Origin: Octopus sinensis
Taxonomy: Eukaryota
Reading direction: 5' to 3'
Assembly: GCF_006345805.1 (NCBI RefSeq)
Contig: NC_043002.1
Span: 1,736,001-1,800,000 of the forward strand
Length of the DNA stretch: 64,000 nucleotides
The notes beneath the pieces are model-generated. The model saw nothing but the letters and a program-made list of their open reading frames with translations, was not told where the DNA came from and ran no database searches. Made by a program: the position numbers and the translations under genes. Positions 1 to 14,686 of this stretch are shown piece by piece (positions within the stretch are counted from its first letter, which is position 1; the number at the start of each line of letters is the position of its first letter).

Positions 1-42
<42 letters not shown>

Positions 43-71
43 ACACACACATATATATATATATATATATA

Positions 72-234
72 CGACAGGCTTCTTTCAGTTTCCGTCTACC
101 AAATCCCCTCACAAGGCATTGATCGGTCTGGGGCTATAGCAGAAGAAAATTGCCCAAGATGCCACGCAGTGGGAGTGAACCCGGAACCATGTGGTTGGTA
201 AGCAAGCTACTTACCACACAGCCACTCCTGCGCC
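72..234 (-). mobile_element. tRNA-derived SINE, family A
   Basis: Minus strand starts GGCGCAGGAGTGGCTGTGTGGT (A-box-like) then GGGTTCACTCCC (B-box-like). Close copy at 31409-31570; degenerate copies at 22372 and 57861. Flanked by (TA)n. Confidence 0.8.
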
Positions 235-2140
235 TATATATATATACATACATACATACATGTGTGTGTGTATCTGTGTGTGTAGTAGTTGAGCTCATTC
301 ATATACTTGAATGTAACAAATTAGCACATTTCTTGCGTGAGAAGTAGGTAGGTAAACTGCAGCGGATTCTCAGAGTAACGATGAAAGTCAGCAAGAAATA
401 TACAAAATAGAGTAAAGTCTCCAGGAAAATCCATTTGAGTAAAACATTACATAGAAAATACCTGCTCTCTAGTCTGGTAAACGACTTTTCTTCTGGACTA
501 TGTACATTTCTGTTTCTTCGTTTCGAACCGCAATTTTGCGATGAGAATATCTAAACTTAAATGTTCATCACATTATGATTCTACATCTCATCTTCGTACT
601 TCATAAGATTTTATTACTGTTAATCATTTTGTTTATTTTCTTCACTGCAAATATTTGCAGTGAACTTCTGTTTTCCAATATTAAAATGCAACAAAACCAA
701 TATACGTCAACAACAGTTTTCTGAAGCACAAAATAAATGTTATATAGACACAAAATATATATGCTATATAAACACAATATAAATATCATATAACCTTAAA
801 TACTATATCTTTTTTTAGTTGGTTTGTCAAAGAGAATGTTTGAAATGTATGATTTGTTGTCATTATCAGTTGTCTGTGTGTCTCCCGCTGCATCTGAAGT
901 TGATTAGATCTATGGGAAACATCTCAAATACAAAACGTATTCAAATGGTTTTCGAATAACTCGATGTTACCCAACCATAATCCTAATGATGATAAATGCA
1001 TTTTTCTCTTACTCTCATTTGCTTTATGTGAAGAAAATGAACTGTAATTCCACAGTTACCTTAATTTGATATTTATAAATATTTATACTATTTCCATCGT
1101 TCAATGGTTAACCAGGTATTCTTTTTATCTTACACGAAATTCAAGAGTGGAATTGAATCCAAATGTTAATTCTCTATGCTAAGGTTTAGAAATATTCTTA
1201 ATACGTTCGTGTCAGTTGGGGATCATTCAACATTATCATTCAAGTATGATAAGGATTCCTCGGCTCTTTATATTTCTATATGCTAGCACAGAAAATCTAG
1301 GGAAGATTATAATGTATAAAACAGTCAAAGATTATATGTTGACACATTGCCAACGGAATTATTTGCTCATTATCAAAGTTCATAGTAAATAAAATACAAA
1401 TAACTTTCCGATTAAAACATATTAAGTTCAATATACTGTAATGTTACGTCGATGGAGACGTCGATATAATCGGAAAAAATAACGAAATGGCAACTAAAGA
1501 TATCTTCGTCTATTCTTAAAGGCTATTTTGCCGAGTTAGTTAATAATTAAACATAGAAGGGGCACAAAGCTATTAACGCCATTACCTTTCGTTCACAAAG
1601 TTCCCATTCAAATTTTGTTATATAGAACTACTGACAAGTTAAGAATATCCGCCAAGGTGTTTAAAAATAATTGCTACTTATGTTTGAAAAGAGATGAACA
1701 CCATTTTGAAGCAGTTATTATCAAAGTGGAAACAATGTTCATCTCTAGAGAAGCATTTCCTTACAAAAAAAGAACAATGTGTGAACAAATGAATATCCAC
1801 CATGAAGTTTCCTCGAAACGAATATAGATTCGAGAAGAACTATTCCAATAATTCTTGAACCAAAGTTGTTTTCTTTAGAGATGTGAAATATAATTTATGC
1901 AGGAGTTGAGAAGGTAAATATTAAAGCATCTTATAATCAAATAGAAAAAACAAGATGGCGATGTACAATTTGAAAGTATTTCGTAGCATTCTTCATCCTT
2001 TATGAGCTTGTAAAACGTGCAACAATATTGTTTTTATGGTGTAAATATTTGTATATGTATTTCAAATTATTTATTTCTCTGCCATATTTATATGTACATG
2101 CCTATTATATACAGATATATGTGTGTATATACGAATCAAG

Positions 2141-2193
2141 TGTATTAGTTTGACGCTCGGCAAAAATGGAAAAGTCTTTTACGTTTCGAGCCT
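2141..2193 (-). mobile_element. Truncated copy of a short Penelope-like terminal repeat (3' half of a hammerhead-like motif)
   Basis: AAAAGTCTTTTACGTTTCGAGCCT is shared with 26851-27005 and 53907-54070; cut off by (TA)n. Confidence 0.5.
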
Positions 2194-2194
2194 A

Positions 2195-2226
<32 letters not shown>

Positions 2227-2253
2227 TATATATATATATATATAATATATATA

Positions 2254-2374
<121 letters not shown>

Positions 2375-4205
2375 GAAACATTTGAAATGCTAAATAACAT
2401 TTGTAAATATGTTCTCAATGCTCTCGCATGATATTTCTTTCTTGCCGCTTTTAGTAAAATTTCTAATCAAGCAGAAACCTTCAATGTGCTCCAAAATAAC
2501 ACACTTTATGGGCCCAAACGCTTCAACACGAATAATAAACGGGAAATCGACAAATAACACAAGAAGCGATAACAATAACTAGTACCAGAGTTAATCTTAT
2601 GAATATATGAAGGTTTCTCAAAGACAAACGTTAAAATACTGAGACGTAAGGCAATTTCGTTGAATTGCTGCAAATATGATGTATTTTAAACACAAACTTT
2701 AAATGAGTATCAATTTTCCACTATCTTCTTTCGAATTTGCGAAGCTTGAACATTTCGTTTTATGGTAAAAGCTGATAGAGTAGAGATTTCCCCCATAAAC
2801 TATAAATCAAGTTAGTTTACTTTTTTTTTCTTAACATAAAGAAAAACATTTATGTTATATGAACAATGAAAACTATTTCCGAAATGACATGTTGAACAGC
2901 AAAAATATATTTATGACTTAAATGGGCAAATACTTTCTTCTGGTAACTTAAATTTGAGAAAATTGAGCGGAAGGAAAACAGAAACGTTCGCTAAAATGGC
3001 TGATGACTTTAATTGTCACCACTACAACATAAATATATTTGTATCTTGCTGTGCATATTACTTTGTATGTAATTGTTTCTCAAATATTCTTCACACATAT
3101 TTTCTACTTTATTACGTCTTCTTCCGTATTTATATGCGTCGACAAGTTGAGTGTCCAATACTTAGATATAGAGAGTTTTCCTTCTAAATGTAAGAACACT
3201 TAATTTTTAAAAATACTAATTTATCAAAGCTTCAAATAGAAAAATAAACTAAATATTGAGTATTGATTGCGTGTTTAACCGTGTAATATCAATATCAGAG
3301 TCGATGAAATTATCGAACAGATGACTTTCAAAGGGAAAATAAGCTTTGAAGGAGCCTTTGAGCAAATATCGTGACTGTTAGAAGATCACTAGTGAAAGGA
3401 AATATCAATGAATATAATTAAATTAAAGAATCTGTTGGAATATGAAAATTTAATTGTTTAACAAAATTCACATATTTATCCGAGTTCATCAAAGCGGTCT
3501 TGAAAAATATGGCTCGGGTATTTCAGTGTGAGGAGTTCCGTAATTTAGTATTCTATACAAAGTTACGTTACATGAAAAGGAAAATAAAGTTTCTGAAATT
3601 TTACACGCATTTAAAAAAAAGTAGGTACGAATTATGAAAAACACATTCCACATTGAAATCAATTTAAAAACTAAAACCTAAAAGTTTAGATGTCAAAAGT
3701 GATATTTTATTTCCTAATCATAAAAAAAGATAACGTTCAGGAATATGGTCAGAAAATTTATAATTATTAATAGCGGCAAACCTAACTAAATTACCATTTT
3801 TTTTTCTCTTGTTGGATAAGTTTGTTGTGTTTTTGACTTCGAAGCATATGTTATTGGCAATGAAATGTCAATCCTATTAAAGCTGATATATTTCGTATCT
3901 GACTCAATTTAAATTTAAGAAAACGGCCATTTTTAAGTAGAAAAGAAAGTGTGTCGCAAATATAACGTTTCCCATATAACGTTCCTTCGGTTGATGATTG
4001 CAGTTTGAAAGTAATGTTAAATATCTGTAACTCATACGATACTTCTGTAACAGCCATGATTCAATTAATGGGTACATGTAAACACCTTACTTCTAGGCTG
4101 ATGTCGTTCTTTCTTTCCACTTTTCTTGTCTTTCTATATAAATGAGTGTGGGAGGAGTGAGTGGGGACTGTATTATATACATATATACATACATACATAC
4201 ATATA

Positions 4206-4249
<44 letters not shown>

Positions 4250-4408
4250 ATGATTAATATTTTTGTTACTTTTCATTTGTCTTGCTCGCTTAAGTTTCTG
4301 GTGTTTGCTAAATTTCCTCGAGAACAATTCTTAGTGGTTAAGACCATAGTGGATCTTCTTCTAGCATAAGGGTTTCCACATAGTGGTGAAAAAATTCCCC
4401 CTTATATT

Positions 4409-4476
<68 letters not shown>

Positions 4477-4494
4477 ATATATATATATATATAA

Positions 4495-4575
<81 letters not shown>

Positions 4576-7500
4576 CACACATATATATATATTAGATAAT
4601 TATACGAATGGCTTATACTTGGTAGCTTCCTGGTAAAGCACGATCCCTTTCCCAGTGTTGGTTAATGCGAGACGGAAGATGGAAGATACGAGAATTCTTA
4701 TTAATCACTACGATTATCTCGACCCATCTAGCATCGATCGCTCACGGGAGGGACACCTAAGAACTGGTTCAGAAACATCCGACGGTGCAGATGTGTCTGT
4801 TCGGGTGATAAATAGATAGAACTCGTTAAAGTAACGTTTCTCGAATGTATTTTCTCAACTCTTGTAAAGAAATGTAGCAAAACTAACGATGAAACCTCAT
4901 TTATATGAAAGATTAATAACAAAATAATCGATGCAAAACAGAAATGAACACACAATGCAACGGTTTTCACACTGATATTCTAACGTTTTTGTTATTGACT
5001 GTTTAAATAGAGAGTGTATAATTACACACATACACACATACCTACATAGAATCATTAATATATCCAACCAAACATCCACCCACCTAAACGTACACGCGCG
5101 CACACACACATTTTTTCTCTGTATTGCCTGTTCGTTTCTCTTTGGTTCCATAAGAGTACTCCCATATTCTTTCTCTGGAGAATATTCTTACATGGTGGCA
5201 GAATTTTGTTTACATACATACATACACACATACACACACACACATACATACATACATACATACATACATACAGGCAGACAGACAGACAGACATGCCTGAA
5301 GAGAAATGAAGTTGGAAAAGGCCTGAGATCAGTGCAGACTTCCTTCGAATGTCGTATCACTCATGCAATACCTGCTAAATAACAACAGTAAAAATAAATA
5401 TATTAATGTATTCCTGAAAAGTGAAGTGAGCAACATTGTACGAGTTGGCATATGCGTATATTTATATGTATAAATGTCTAATATATATGTAAGCATACAC
5501 CTATGTGTATATGAGGATGAATTTGGGTGCATATATACGCATATATATGCGTGTGTGTGCGCGTGTGTGTGTGTGCTTGTACCTGCGTGTGCGTGTGTGT
5601 GTCTATCTATGCATGTATTATAATCATGATTAGCCGTATTTTTACTCTAGATAGCTTTGCCGTTCTCAAAAATCTTGTTGCCAACATTCAATCGAAAATC
5701 CAAACCGGTTTGGAAACCTGTCTCAGCATCCATGTATGTCTCATCAAATTTCAATTCGTTTTAGCTTTCTACGAAGACAAGTATTTACCGATGATGCATA
5801 TAATCACTTAAATCATCAACGATGTATTCGTTACAGTTCCCTTAATAGAGGAAAAGTAATTGAAACTCGGACCCGTTTCTGCGATCGAACTTTACAGGAA
5901 ACATAATTGTAATGCATTCATTACGCCGTAGTCTATTTACTATCAATTTGTCTTCACCAATGATATCGAATATCAATATTCTGTTTCTTGCTTTGACTAA
6001 CAGAAAAGTAAATGTTTGAATATATTCGACCTCAATAGATTAGCGATCTGTATTATCAGAAAATCGGAGAGCCGAACTTGTAAGACGGGATTGGCAAATG
6101 TGAACTACAGAATAATAATGGATGTTATTAAACAAAGAAAAGAATTCATTTTACTTTGAACGTTTCAGGGCAGCCCTTACTTGATCGATGTCTCCCCCAG
6201 TTCACATCGCCATTGAATCAAACATTTTTCATATTGACTTCATGCTAATACCGAAGTATGAAGCGCTGCTTTGGCAGCTGTGCGAGTGGAAGTGAACAAA
6301 CGCTGAACATAAAGTTATAAAGTCGTTGCGAGTTTTGATGAAAATCATCTAAATTCTCAAGTAGATCTTATCACTTTGTTTCATTATTTTTATAAAATAT
6401 AAACCAGCTGGGGCCATTTAAAAATTAATTATATGCTACATATATGCTATCTCATCGTCTGTATCATATTTTATAAATTCTGATGAGCCGTATATAATAT
6501 TTCACAAATAAAAGAGTAATTCCTTCTTTTTGGTAATGAGTAGGATACAGGAATTACGAGTAAAAATATTATGTCCATGTTTTACGAGTTCAAACTCTCA
6601 ATTAATTTGGAAATATTTCTAAAACGAGTCTGCTGCGAACAACATTGAATGTAATTACCACCTCTGTCTACGGCCTTCATTTATGTGCATTTAGATAAGG
6701 CTTATCGTGGAAAAGAATGTTAAATCTAATTGACTGGGAGTAATGATATGTTTTACTGCTTTGATCGAATATATTTTGTCAATTTGTTTTAAAAGTAAGC
6801 AGAAAATATCGCTTCGAATCATGTTTCAGTGTTTTTTCAGAAGCTGTTTTAGCAGAGTTCCTTTCCTGCATTCACGATTCCTAAGTGAATTAGCTAGGAA
6901 ATATCTGTTAGATAAAAAAGTAAATATTTCTTTTTTATCATACACCAGACAGATACGATTTATATCAGATAGTTGTCATGATAAGATATATCCATTAATG
7001 TATAAATATATAAAAAGGTTTATTTTTTATGTTTGGAAAAAAAATACAGTTATGGAAATAGTGAGAATATGTAATTAGTGGAAATTGTAATGCAGTATAG
7101 CTACCAGATATTATTTTATCGAGAGTTTGGTATCTTTAAACGAAAAATGAAGAGAAATATTTCTAAACCCATTATCTTCATTAACCGAAACCTTGGTCTA
7201 TATGCCAACATTCGTTCCGCAGCAAATTATGTGTAATTAGGTACGTACACACAGACATACATATATGCATAAATACATGCACACACACACACACAGAATT
7301 AAGCATATCTACTTATAGTCTAGAATAGTAGCGCTGCTGCAAAGGCGTGTTTTATGCGAAGAGAAAATATGTTATCAGTGATTGACAAATATTTCAGATT
7401 GATAACCTTTCTCTTCCATTATGGTTGCTTAAACCAGTCGTTTCTTTCATGTCGAATAGCGTTTATTATTAGGTTATATAATTATCGTATTCATATACGA

Positions 7501-8599
7501 GTGTTTGAGCTAAACCTAAACCCACTTTCGTCCTTAGCTATTGTAAAGCAGAAGGAATATTTGTTTATTTAAGCAGTTTTTCAATCTATTTTATTAAAGC
7601 AGGGTTGAAGTGAATGTTAGCCTAATTGGCTGAGTCCTTACTGCTTCTTTTCTTTTTCATCTTTTGTATTTATGTCGGTTGTTATGACTGTACCCCTTTG
7701 TTCATAATGAAAACTTCACCAATAATAGCATATTACTTTCATTTTCATACTAAATGCGACCTGCAATTACTGACTTTGATGTTTAAGCGCTCATTTGTGA
7801 TTTGCGATGTTTTGCAATTATAATATCAAGAGGTTGATTGGTTTTTCCCTGTATCAAACCGAAAACAAATGCATGGAAAATTACATATATATATATGAAT
7901 GTTATAGATTTCGTAAAGCTTTAACACTGGTAAAATTTCTACAGCCTGTAGGTATTCATTATCAGAAATTATTTTGGTCTCATATCGGCCAGTGAGATAT
8001 CGCTTACCCTCCCCAGATCTTCATAATAGCACAGTAGCGCAATACTTTTATCCAAAACATACAGATCTATAGCAAATCACTAGAATATGATACTATAAAC
8101 ACTGCACCCCTACCACCACTCAATCCAATCAAATATAAAATAACACAGAATAAGAAGATAATCGATAATGTCTTTAGCTTGAAAATTCTGCTGTCGTGCC
8201 TTCCTCTGTTGTAAAGTATAGAGGGAAATCAACTCCCAAGCCTGATTTTGCTCTCCTCTGCTGTGACACATCAGGAATTTGCAAACTAACAGAATTAGAT
8301 GGGAATACAAAGAGTGGACAGCATTATACGATAACTCCATATCGGAACGTGAAATATGGTCCGTATGCACAAATGGAAGTTGAACAAATATGCAGTTTTC
8401 GGCAAACCCATAATCGTGACATCATTTTCCATAACTAAATTTGATAAAAATTGACATAGTAGCCTAGATTTGGTCCCAAGAGCTAGCTTTTGTTTTACTT
8501 GACATACCGTAATTTCCATCGAATATGAACAGATCCATCCTAGAACTTATACCGCAAATATTTGAATTGAACAAATCTCTTATTGATGTGATGATGCTT

Positions 8600-8875
8600 T
8601 GTTAATGATTTTTAATTCTACCAAAGAATTCAGTTCACATATTCTTTCGATAATGTTCACACAACTTCACTTACACCCAAATATTTGTGGGGTGCCCAAT
8701 TATTCGACTCCATCATTATCTACACTCCATACTGTTTCGTATTATTTCTCTGCGTCTTTCTGCCTCTATTTAATTGTTGCTTTTTTTGACATCTCTGCAA
8801 TCAGTTTGAACACGTAGATCCCAGATGATTGTGGTCTGGTTGTTCTTATGGTTCTTGTTTGACACATCTTGATAC
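8600..8875 (-). mobile_element. Highly decayed R4/Dong-like REL-domain fragment
   Basis: Minus-strand translation gives KNNQTTIIWDLRVQTD, resembling the ENxxxxILWDxxIxTD motif seen intact in copies B/E/G; abuts (ATT)n. Confidence 0.45.
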
Positions 8876-8891
8876 TATTTCTTGTTACTTA

Positions 8892-8904
8892 TTATGTTAT
8901 TATT

Positions 8905-8993
<89 letters not shown>
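8892..8993. repeat. (ATT)n/(ATC)n microsatellite
   Basis: Direct reading. Confidence 0.95.
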
Positions 8994-8994
<1 letters not shown>

Positions 8995-9008
8995 TAAATT
9001 TTACCTAA

Positions 9009-9054
9009 GACACCTGATGAAGGCTGGAGGGTATATCAGCCGAAACGTTGTGTT
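9009..9054 (+). ncRNA. Minimal type I hammerhead ribozyme motif (Penelope-like-element type)
   Basis: GACAC-CTGATGA-A-GGCTG(10 nt loop)CAGCC-GAAA-CG-TT-GTGTT. Stem I GACAC/GTGTT, intact core, stem II 5 bp, palindromic AACGTT in place of stem III, GUU cleavage triplet. Confidence 0.6.
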
Positions 9055-9104
9055 AACAACAAACAAGATGAGGACAAATATCCGTCAAAATGTAAATAAT
9101 GTAA

Positions 9105-10080
9105 ATACTTTTTTAGAATTCTTACAGACGGAAATTTTCTGCAAGTTGTCATAACGTGACCTTCCAGTATGTCTCAGCGTCTTACGTAGTGGTTGGATGT
9201 TGGGCTAAATGCACCAATTACCACGGGTACAATTTTTACTTAGTATTCTGCAACTTATTCATCTCTTTCTGATTAAATACTGACATTTTACCATTTTCTC
9301 AGTTTATATGATCTCCACTCGACTACTACATGGTATTGCAATATCTTACAATGATCTCTTCAACGAATATATCACATCTGCTATTTCAAATATATTGTCA
9401 TTGTTTATGGGGGAAATTGACATAAAATCCTTAAAATACAATACACCATGGAAGCAACAGGCCTGTATTCACACCAGTTTCGTTTCGTCAAACTCACAAA
9501 TTTCTAAAGACAAAATTTATGTCAAATTGTTCTTGTCCAATGACTTCATTTATCGACACAATGATGCCAGCGTTTATATTCTGTTCTAGCTTATTGTGCT
9601 CCCGTAGAAGGTAGTTAATGATTTTGACCCCTTTTCCACACATTCTGTGTTTGCTGTCTGGCTTTGATTTTTTCAAATCGTTACCTTTATCAAATTCGTT
9701 ATAGTGGCTTGTTCCTTCACGGCAATAATTAATGATTTACCGTTTTTTAGATTCAAGTTATTCTCTAAGCCATATCAAACGTTTTTTTCATTTCAAGCAT
9801 CCTCTGTTTATTACATGAATTGGCTATATGGTCCCTTCTTTTATAGTTATTTATCATTTTGTTCGTTCTTTTCCTAAAATATCTTGTTCTTTCTTTCAAT
9901 GACTTTTTCGATGCTTCTAGCTACAGATAATAGTCTTTCCACGCGATGCACAAAATTGTTATTCAAACCCAAAACTGCAATATTGATGTTGTCTTCGGCA
10001 TTTTGCAAATCTCTGCTAACTTCTGTTCTTAGCAAATAGAGCCTCTGTCGATATTACTTTTAGGGTAATGTGCATTATGC
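9105..10080 (-). mobile_element. Old decayed R4/Dong-like non-LTR element (RT thumb to C-terminus), distinct family
   Basis: Minus-strand remnants appear in the expected order: QRLYLLRTEVSRDLQNAED, TEYKRWHHCVD, VKIVPVVIGAFSP, LQKISV. Many stops and frameshifts. Confidence 0.6.
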
Positions 10081-11612
10081 ATTATGAGCAGCTTCTCATT
10101 TATTTATTGTTGTTGTTATTTAATGCTATCAACATTATTATGTGTGCAATATCTAGTTTCAGACATACAAACAGTAAAAACGTGTATACATACACAGATA
10201 CAATGTAAATAACAACATATTAATATATAAATTGGTTACAAGAAAGTAATAAACAAGTTAAAACAGAGATATGCTACCCTAAGTTCAGATAAGCACGCTT
10301 ATACATGGATTGATATGAGTGTAGCCGCGTGTGGTTTTCTATATCAATGAATAAATATAACGAAAGAGTAAATATCATGGTTGTGCGTAAGTGTATGTGT
10401 GTGTTTGCGTGTGTGTATAAGTGTATGTGTGTGTGTGTTATTAAGCCAAAAGAGCAAGACGCAAAGGAGATACAGAGAGCAAAAATAACAGAGTCAATAG
10501 TTAGTTTTATTTTCTCCTGATATATATCTCTTCTTAAATATAAATTTATTACACATTTTGTTCTACTTTCTGCTACAATTGAGATCAGTAATAAGTCAAA
10601 TCAATCTGATGGAAATACGAAATCTTTCACAGAGAATTTATGTTTAGAGAGAAAAAAAATAACTATTTAAATCTTAAAGAGACTTTCGTCAGATAAATGT
10701 TATTTATTTACTTGAGGAGAAGTTTCAAACAGCCATTTTAGATTCACAAATTATGACGGTTCACAGAATAAAATTGATTTTATATTAATATCTTTCAACT
10801 TCTAACTATCCTTTTGTACAAAATTCGACATTTCCACTGGCTTTATTAAGTTTATTTACTCGCTGTTTTTTTAGTCCATGGATGAACAACATAAGTACTG
10901 ATTCCTTTTAAGTAGTTTTCTTTCCGTCTTTGATTCTTTGATGTTAGAGTAGAGGAGAGTTAGCCATCGTTGTTTCGATTAGAGAATATTGCTTTAACCA
11001 AGGAAGAGAAAAACATGTTTTCACTTCATAGGAAAAAAAGTTATATTAATCTTTCTTAATTTATAAAACAAAATATATTCCTTTTCCTCTGTAGTTTGAT
11101 CAAATCGTAATGCATAGACACCGTAATTATTGGCGAGATTTTCCAGTGAATATAACAATTATGATTTATCCTATAAATTATTTGAATGGAACCTGCCATC
11201 TTTAGAAACACTAACCAGTTCTTAACTGTGCAAAAATATTTCATTAGAATAGTCTAAATCCGACAAGTTAAATTTAGCTTTGTATTTCTATAAGCTAATA
11301 TGCTGTTGGAAATTGTTTACGAAAGTTACCATGTATTTAAAAATCTGGCCCTCTTTAACGACTACCTGACAAGAATTAGCACAGAATTCATCGAATAATG
11401 AATGCGAGTTTATAATAGTTTGCGACGCAGAAACTCAATAACTTGTTTGTTTTTTGTTTTAGGAGAGAGTAAATAAGCATTTCGAATATTCATACACCTT
11501 TTACAAAGTAATATGAAAGTAAATGATATCAACTTATTGTAATTTCAAAAGGATGTTTCATACCGGTCTCTGCAAAAGCGCACTCGACCCACTCAACAGC
11601 CGGTTACTGATA

Positions 11613-11645
<33 letters not shown>

Positions 11646-11718
11646 GTGGTGATGTAGGCTGTGGAAAGCCGATACTTTCTATCATACCAAGAAAAATAAG
11701 CTGTGAATTTTTCATCAC

Positions 11719-11779
<61 letters not shown>

Positions 11780-11793
11780 TAGTAATAATAATA

Positions 11794-12027
11794 GTGCATT
11801 AGGCATGATAAAAAAATATTCAGACAAATACATAACAAAAACACCAGGACTTACAAACACATATAACATACAGAAAATTGCACTACTAGGCACTGCACAC
11901 ATCCTACGCAGAACACTTTCCATACAATAACCATCAGAGCATCACAACAAATCACAGCACATACCCAAGGCACACAGAGCTGTGCTCGGTAGTGAAGTGA
12001 AAGCACGCTCTAAAAATAAAACTACTG
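11794..12027 (+). mobile_element. R4/Dong-like element copy A (5'-truncated, about 234 bp)
   Basis: Near-identical to the 3' end of C/E (ALGMIKKYSDKYITKTPG...RRTLSIQ* plus 3' UTR ending ACTACTG); (AAT)n on both sides. Confidence 0.95.
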
Positions 12028-12039
12028 AATAATAATAAT

Positions 12040-12097
<58 letters not shown>

Positions 12098-12960
12098 GAA
12101 CTGTATACGGTACCAAAAAATTTATGCACGGCCTGGATAGACTTTGAGAAGGCTTACGACATGTTGCCTCATTCGTGGATTTTGGAAACTCTCGACATGT
12201 GTGGAATAGCTGAGAACGTGTGTGCACTGATTAAGAACACCATGCCTAGTTGGAAAACGCGTCTTCCCTGTACCAACCAGCAGTTAGCCGAGGTAACAAT
12301 CAAAAGACGTATCTTCTGGTTCACTTCAATTGTTTGTTGTAGCCTTGATCCCACTTTCTATAGTCCAATGTAAAATCAACGTGCACTAGGAGCTGAGAAA
12401 GAATAAACCTCGTCTCAACCGCCTTCTCTTCATGCCTTGTTTAAAACCGTTCGCAAAAACAGAGTCTGCAACGAAGAGGCTGGTTGAGAATATGCAAATG
12501 TGCAGCAAGGATATAAGGATGGAATTCAGTATCTCGAAGTGTTCGGTGCTTACTTTGAAGCGGGGGAAATGAGTAAATTGTAGAAGCATAGAATTGCCAA
12601 ACGGAGAATGGAAGACCCGGATGATGATGGGTAAAAGTACTTTGGGATCCTGGAGCTGGACAACATCTTGCACAAAGAAATGAAAGACAAGTTCACCACA
12701 GCATATTTCAAGAGTAATAAGCTTCTCTTGAAATCAAAGCCCAGCTCAAGGGACCTTGTGACTGCTATCAATATATGGGATGTTGCTGTGGTCATCTATA
12801 GTTTACCCATCCTGAAATAAGCGGAGGCTGACCAACTCGATCGCACTACCCGAAAGACAATGACAACGTATGATGCCCTCCACCCTAAAGCAAATGTACA
12901 CAGGCTCTACATAAAGGGAGGGAAGGGTGACTGTATGCTGTAGCGCAGGAGTTACCAAAA
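12098..12960 (+). mobile_element. Decayed R4/Dong-like RT fragment, second family
   Basis: AWIDFEKAYDMLPHSWILETLDMCGIAENV; downstream remnants of LGILEL and HPKANVHRLYI; starts directly after (AAT)n. Confidence 0.75.
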
Positions 12961-13139
12961 ATGGACTTGGAAGTGTTCATTTCATGAATTCCGAACAAGA
13001 TCATCCAACAAGAGAGAAGAAACCCTACTCCGTATATTAGCAGTTTACATGGGAGGCTGAGAGGACAACTTCAGGATAACCAGAGGAAAGACAATACTCA
13101 TCATGGAAGATAAGAGCAAGGGTAACACAGCAGCAACTA

Positions 13140-13995
13140 TGGACCAATCACTTGCTTACCATTAGTGTAGATGCTGTTAACAGGAATGCTTTCAGAAAGC
13201 ATTTACAGGCATTTTGACAACCAGAATTTACTGCCAGAAAACAAAAAGGTTGCAGAAAGAAGGCCAGAGGAACGCATGATCTATTATACATAGACAAAGC
13301 AGTTTTAAACAAAGTAAAAGCTAGAAAGAAGAAATCTAACAACAGCGTGGATAGAATATAGGAAAGCCTATGACATGATCCCACACTGATGTTTAAGTGA
13401 ATGTTTGAATATATTCAGTATAGCAGACAACATAAGACAATTAAGTAGCTTTAGCATGAAGAAATGGAATGTAGATCTATACTCAGGTGAGACACTTTTA
13501 GGGAAGGTTAATATCAAAAGTGGAATTTTCCAAGGAGAATCGTTATCCTTTAATATTTGTTCTATGTTTGACTCCCTCAGTTTAGTATTAAGGACGGCAA
13601 AGGCAGGGTGTTGGTTCAGAAATAGTAAGGGGAAAAAATTAACCATTTGCTCCACATGGATGATCTGAAGCTTTTTAGTGATAATGGAAAAGAGACAGAT
13701 TCCTTAATACAGACTGAAAGATTCTTCAGCAAAGATATAGGAATGGAATTTGGCAGAGATAAGAGTGTGATATTAGTCATGAGAAGGGGACAGGTAGCCA
13801 ACAGCGAGGGCAGCCAATTACCAGATGACCAGACATTAGAATCATTAAAAGAAGGAGAGTGTTGTAAGTATCTTGGAGTATAAGTACTAACTATAGAAAT
13901 GAAAACAAAAATTGAGAAGGAGTACATCAGAAGGTGAGGAAGCTAACGAAGTGAAAGCTAAATGGTTCGAATCTAGCGAAGGCTGTATACACTTG
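13140..13995 (+). mobile_element. Decayed R4/Dong-like RT fragment, third family
   Basis: NLLPENKKGCRKKARGTHDLLYIDKAV, SGIFQGESLS, LHMDDLKLF, IGMEFG, YLGV, EKEYIRR motifs with frameshifts. Confidence 0.75.
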
Positions 13996-13997
13996 AA

Positions 13998-14357
13998 ATG
14001 CTCAAAGATGCCGAGCCAACACTAAACCCAACATCTATTATTTGCGACTTGGAACACGCAGCCTTTAAAGCCATGAAGGAAGCTTTTCCAGAAGTTGTAA
14101 TAAAAGGATGTTTTTCCATTTATCACAAAATATGCACAAAATATAGCTGCCATGGGTTACACTTCTACGTAGAACAACGACGCTACCTTTGCACTAAAAG
14201 CCAAGATGATATTAAGTTTAGCATTTGTTCCTGTTCCACATATTGGTACGTATATTGACGCCCTCTCTGTGGATATACTTGAAGAACTAGCAACACTGCT
14301 GAATTGTTTCGAATATAACTATATTGGAAGGCCAATCGATGTGGAAATAGCAGAAGA
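13998..14357 (+). mobile_element. MULE (Mutator-like) transposase fragment
   Basis: IICDLEHAAFKAMKEAFPEVVIKGCF(FH) matches the MULE DDE-domain DxExA..FP..GCxFH pattern; after a frameshift ILSLAFVP...FEYNYIGR. Confidence 0.75.
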
Positions 14358-14570
14358 CCTTTGAGCAGGATGGGCTACTCTCGACCTGAAGAAAATTCTA
14401 ACTGCAAGGTCATGCGCTGTTTATCTTGATATAAAATCACTATGTCGCGCACTTATGGTTGTGATGCATATCACTGGTGTATCCCTAACAGACAGGTAGT
14501 CATGATGGGTATACTGGGCTTCGTATATTTTACCCCAGAGTCACTTTGGTGGTTTGCACTGCTCTCTCAA
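14358..14570. mobile_element. Interspersed repeat (SINE/LINE-3'-like), inverted partial copy of 33457-33853
   Basis: Reverse complement matches 33459-33680; ends GCTCTCTCA next to (AAT)n. Confidence 0.75.
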
Positions 14571-14594
14571 TCTTAATAATAGTACTCAATATTA

Positions 14595-14682
<88 letters not shown>

Positions 14683-14686
<4 letters not shown>

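Noticed and set aside
4640-4810. Possible RTE-like C-terminal remnant (TPKNWFRNIRR)
   Set aside because: Too short and degenerate to support.
5699-5714. 16-bp palindrome TCCAAACCGGTTTGGA
   Set aside because: Isolated and plausibly a chance occurrence in 64 kb.
8110-8519. Overlapping ORFs in fairly complex sequence; possible exon starting after the AG at 8177
   Set aside because: No recognisable domain, weak acceptor and no partner exons.
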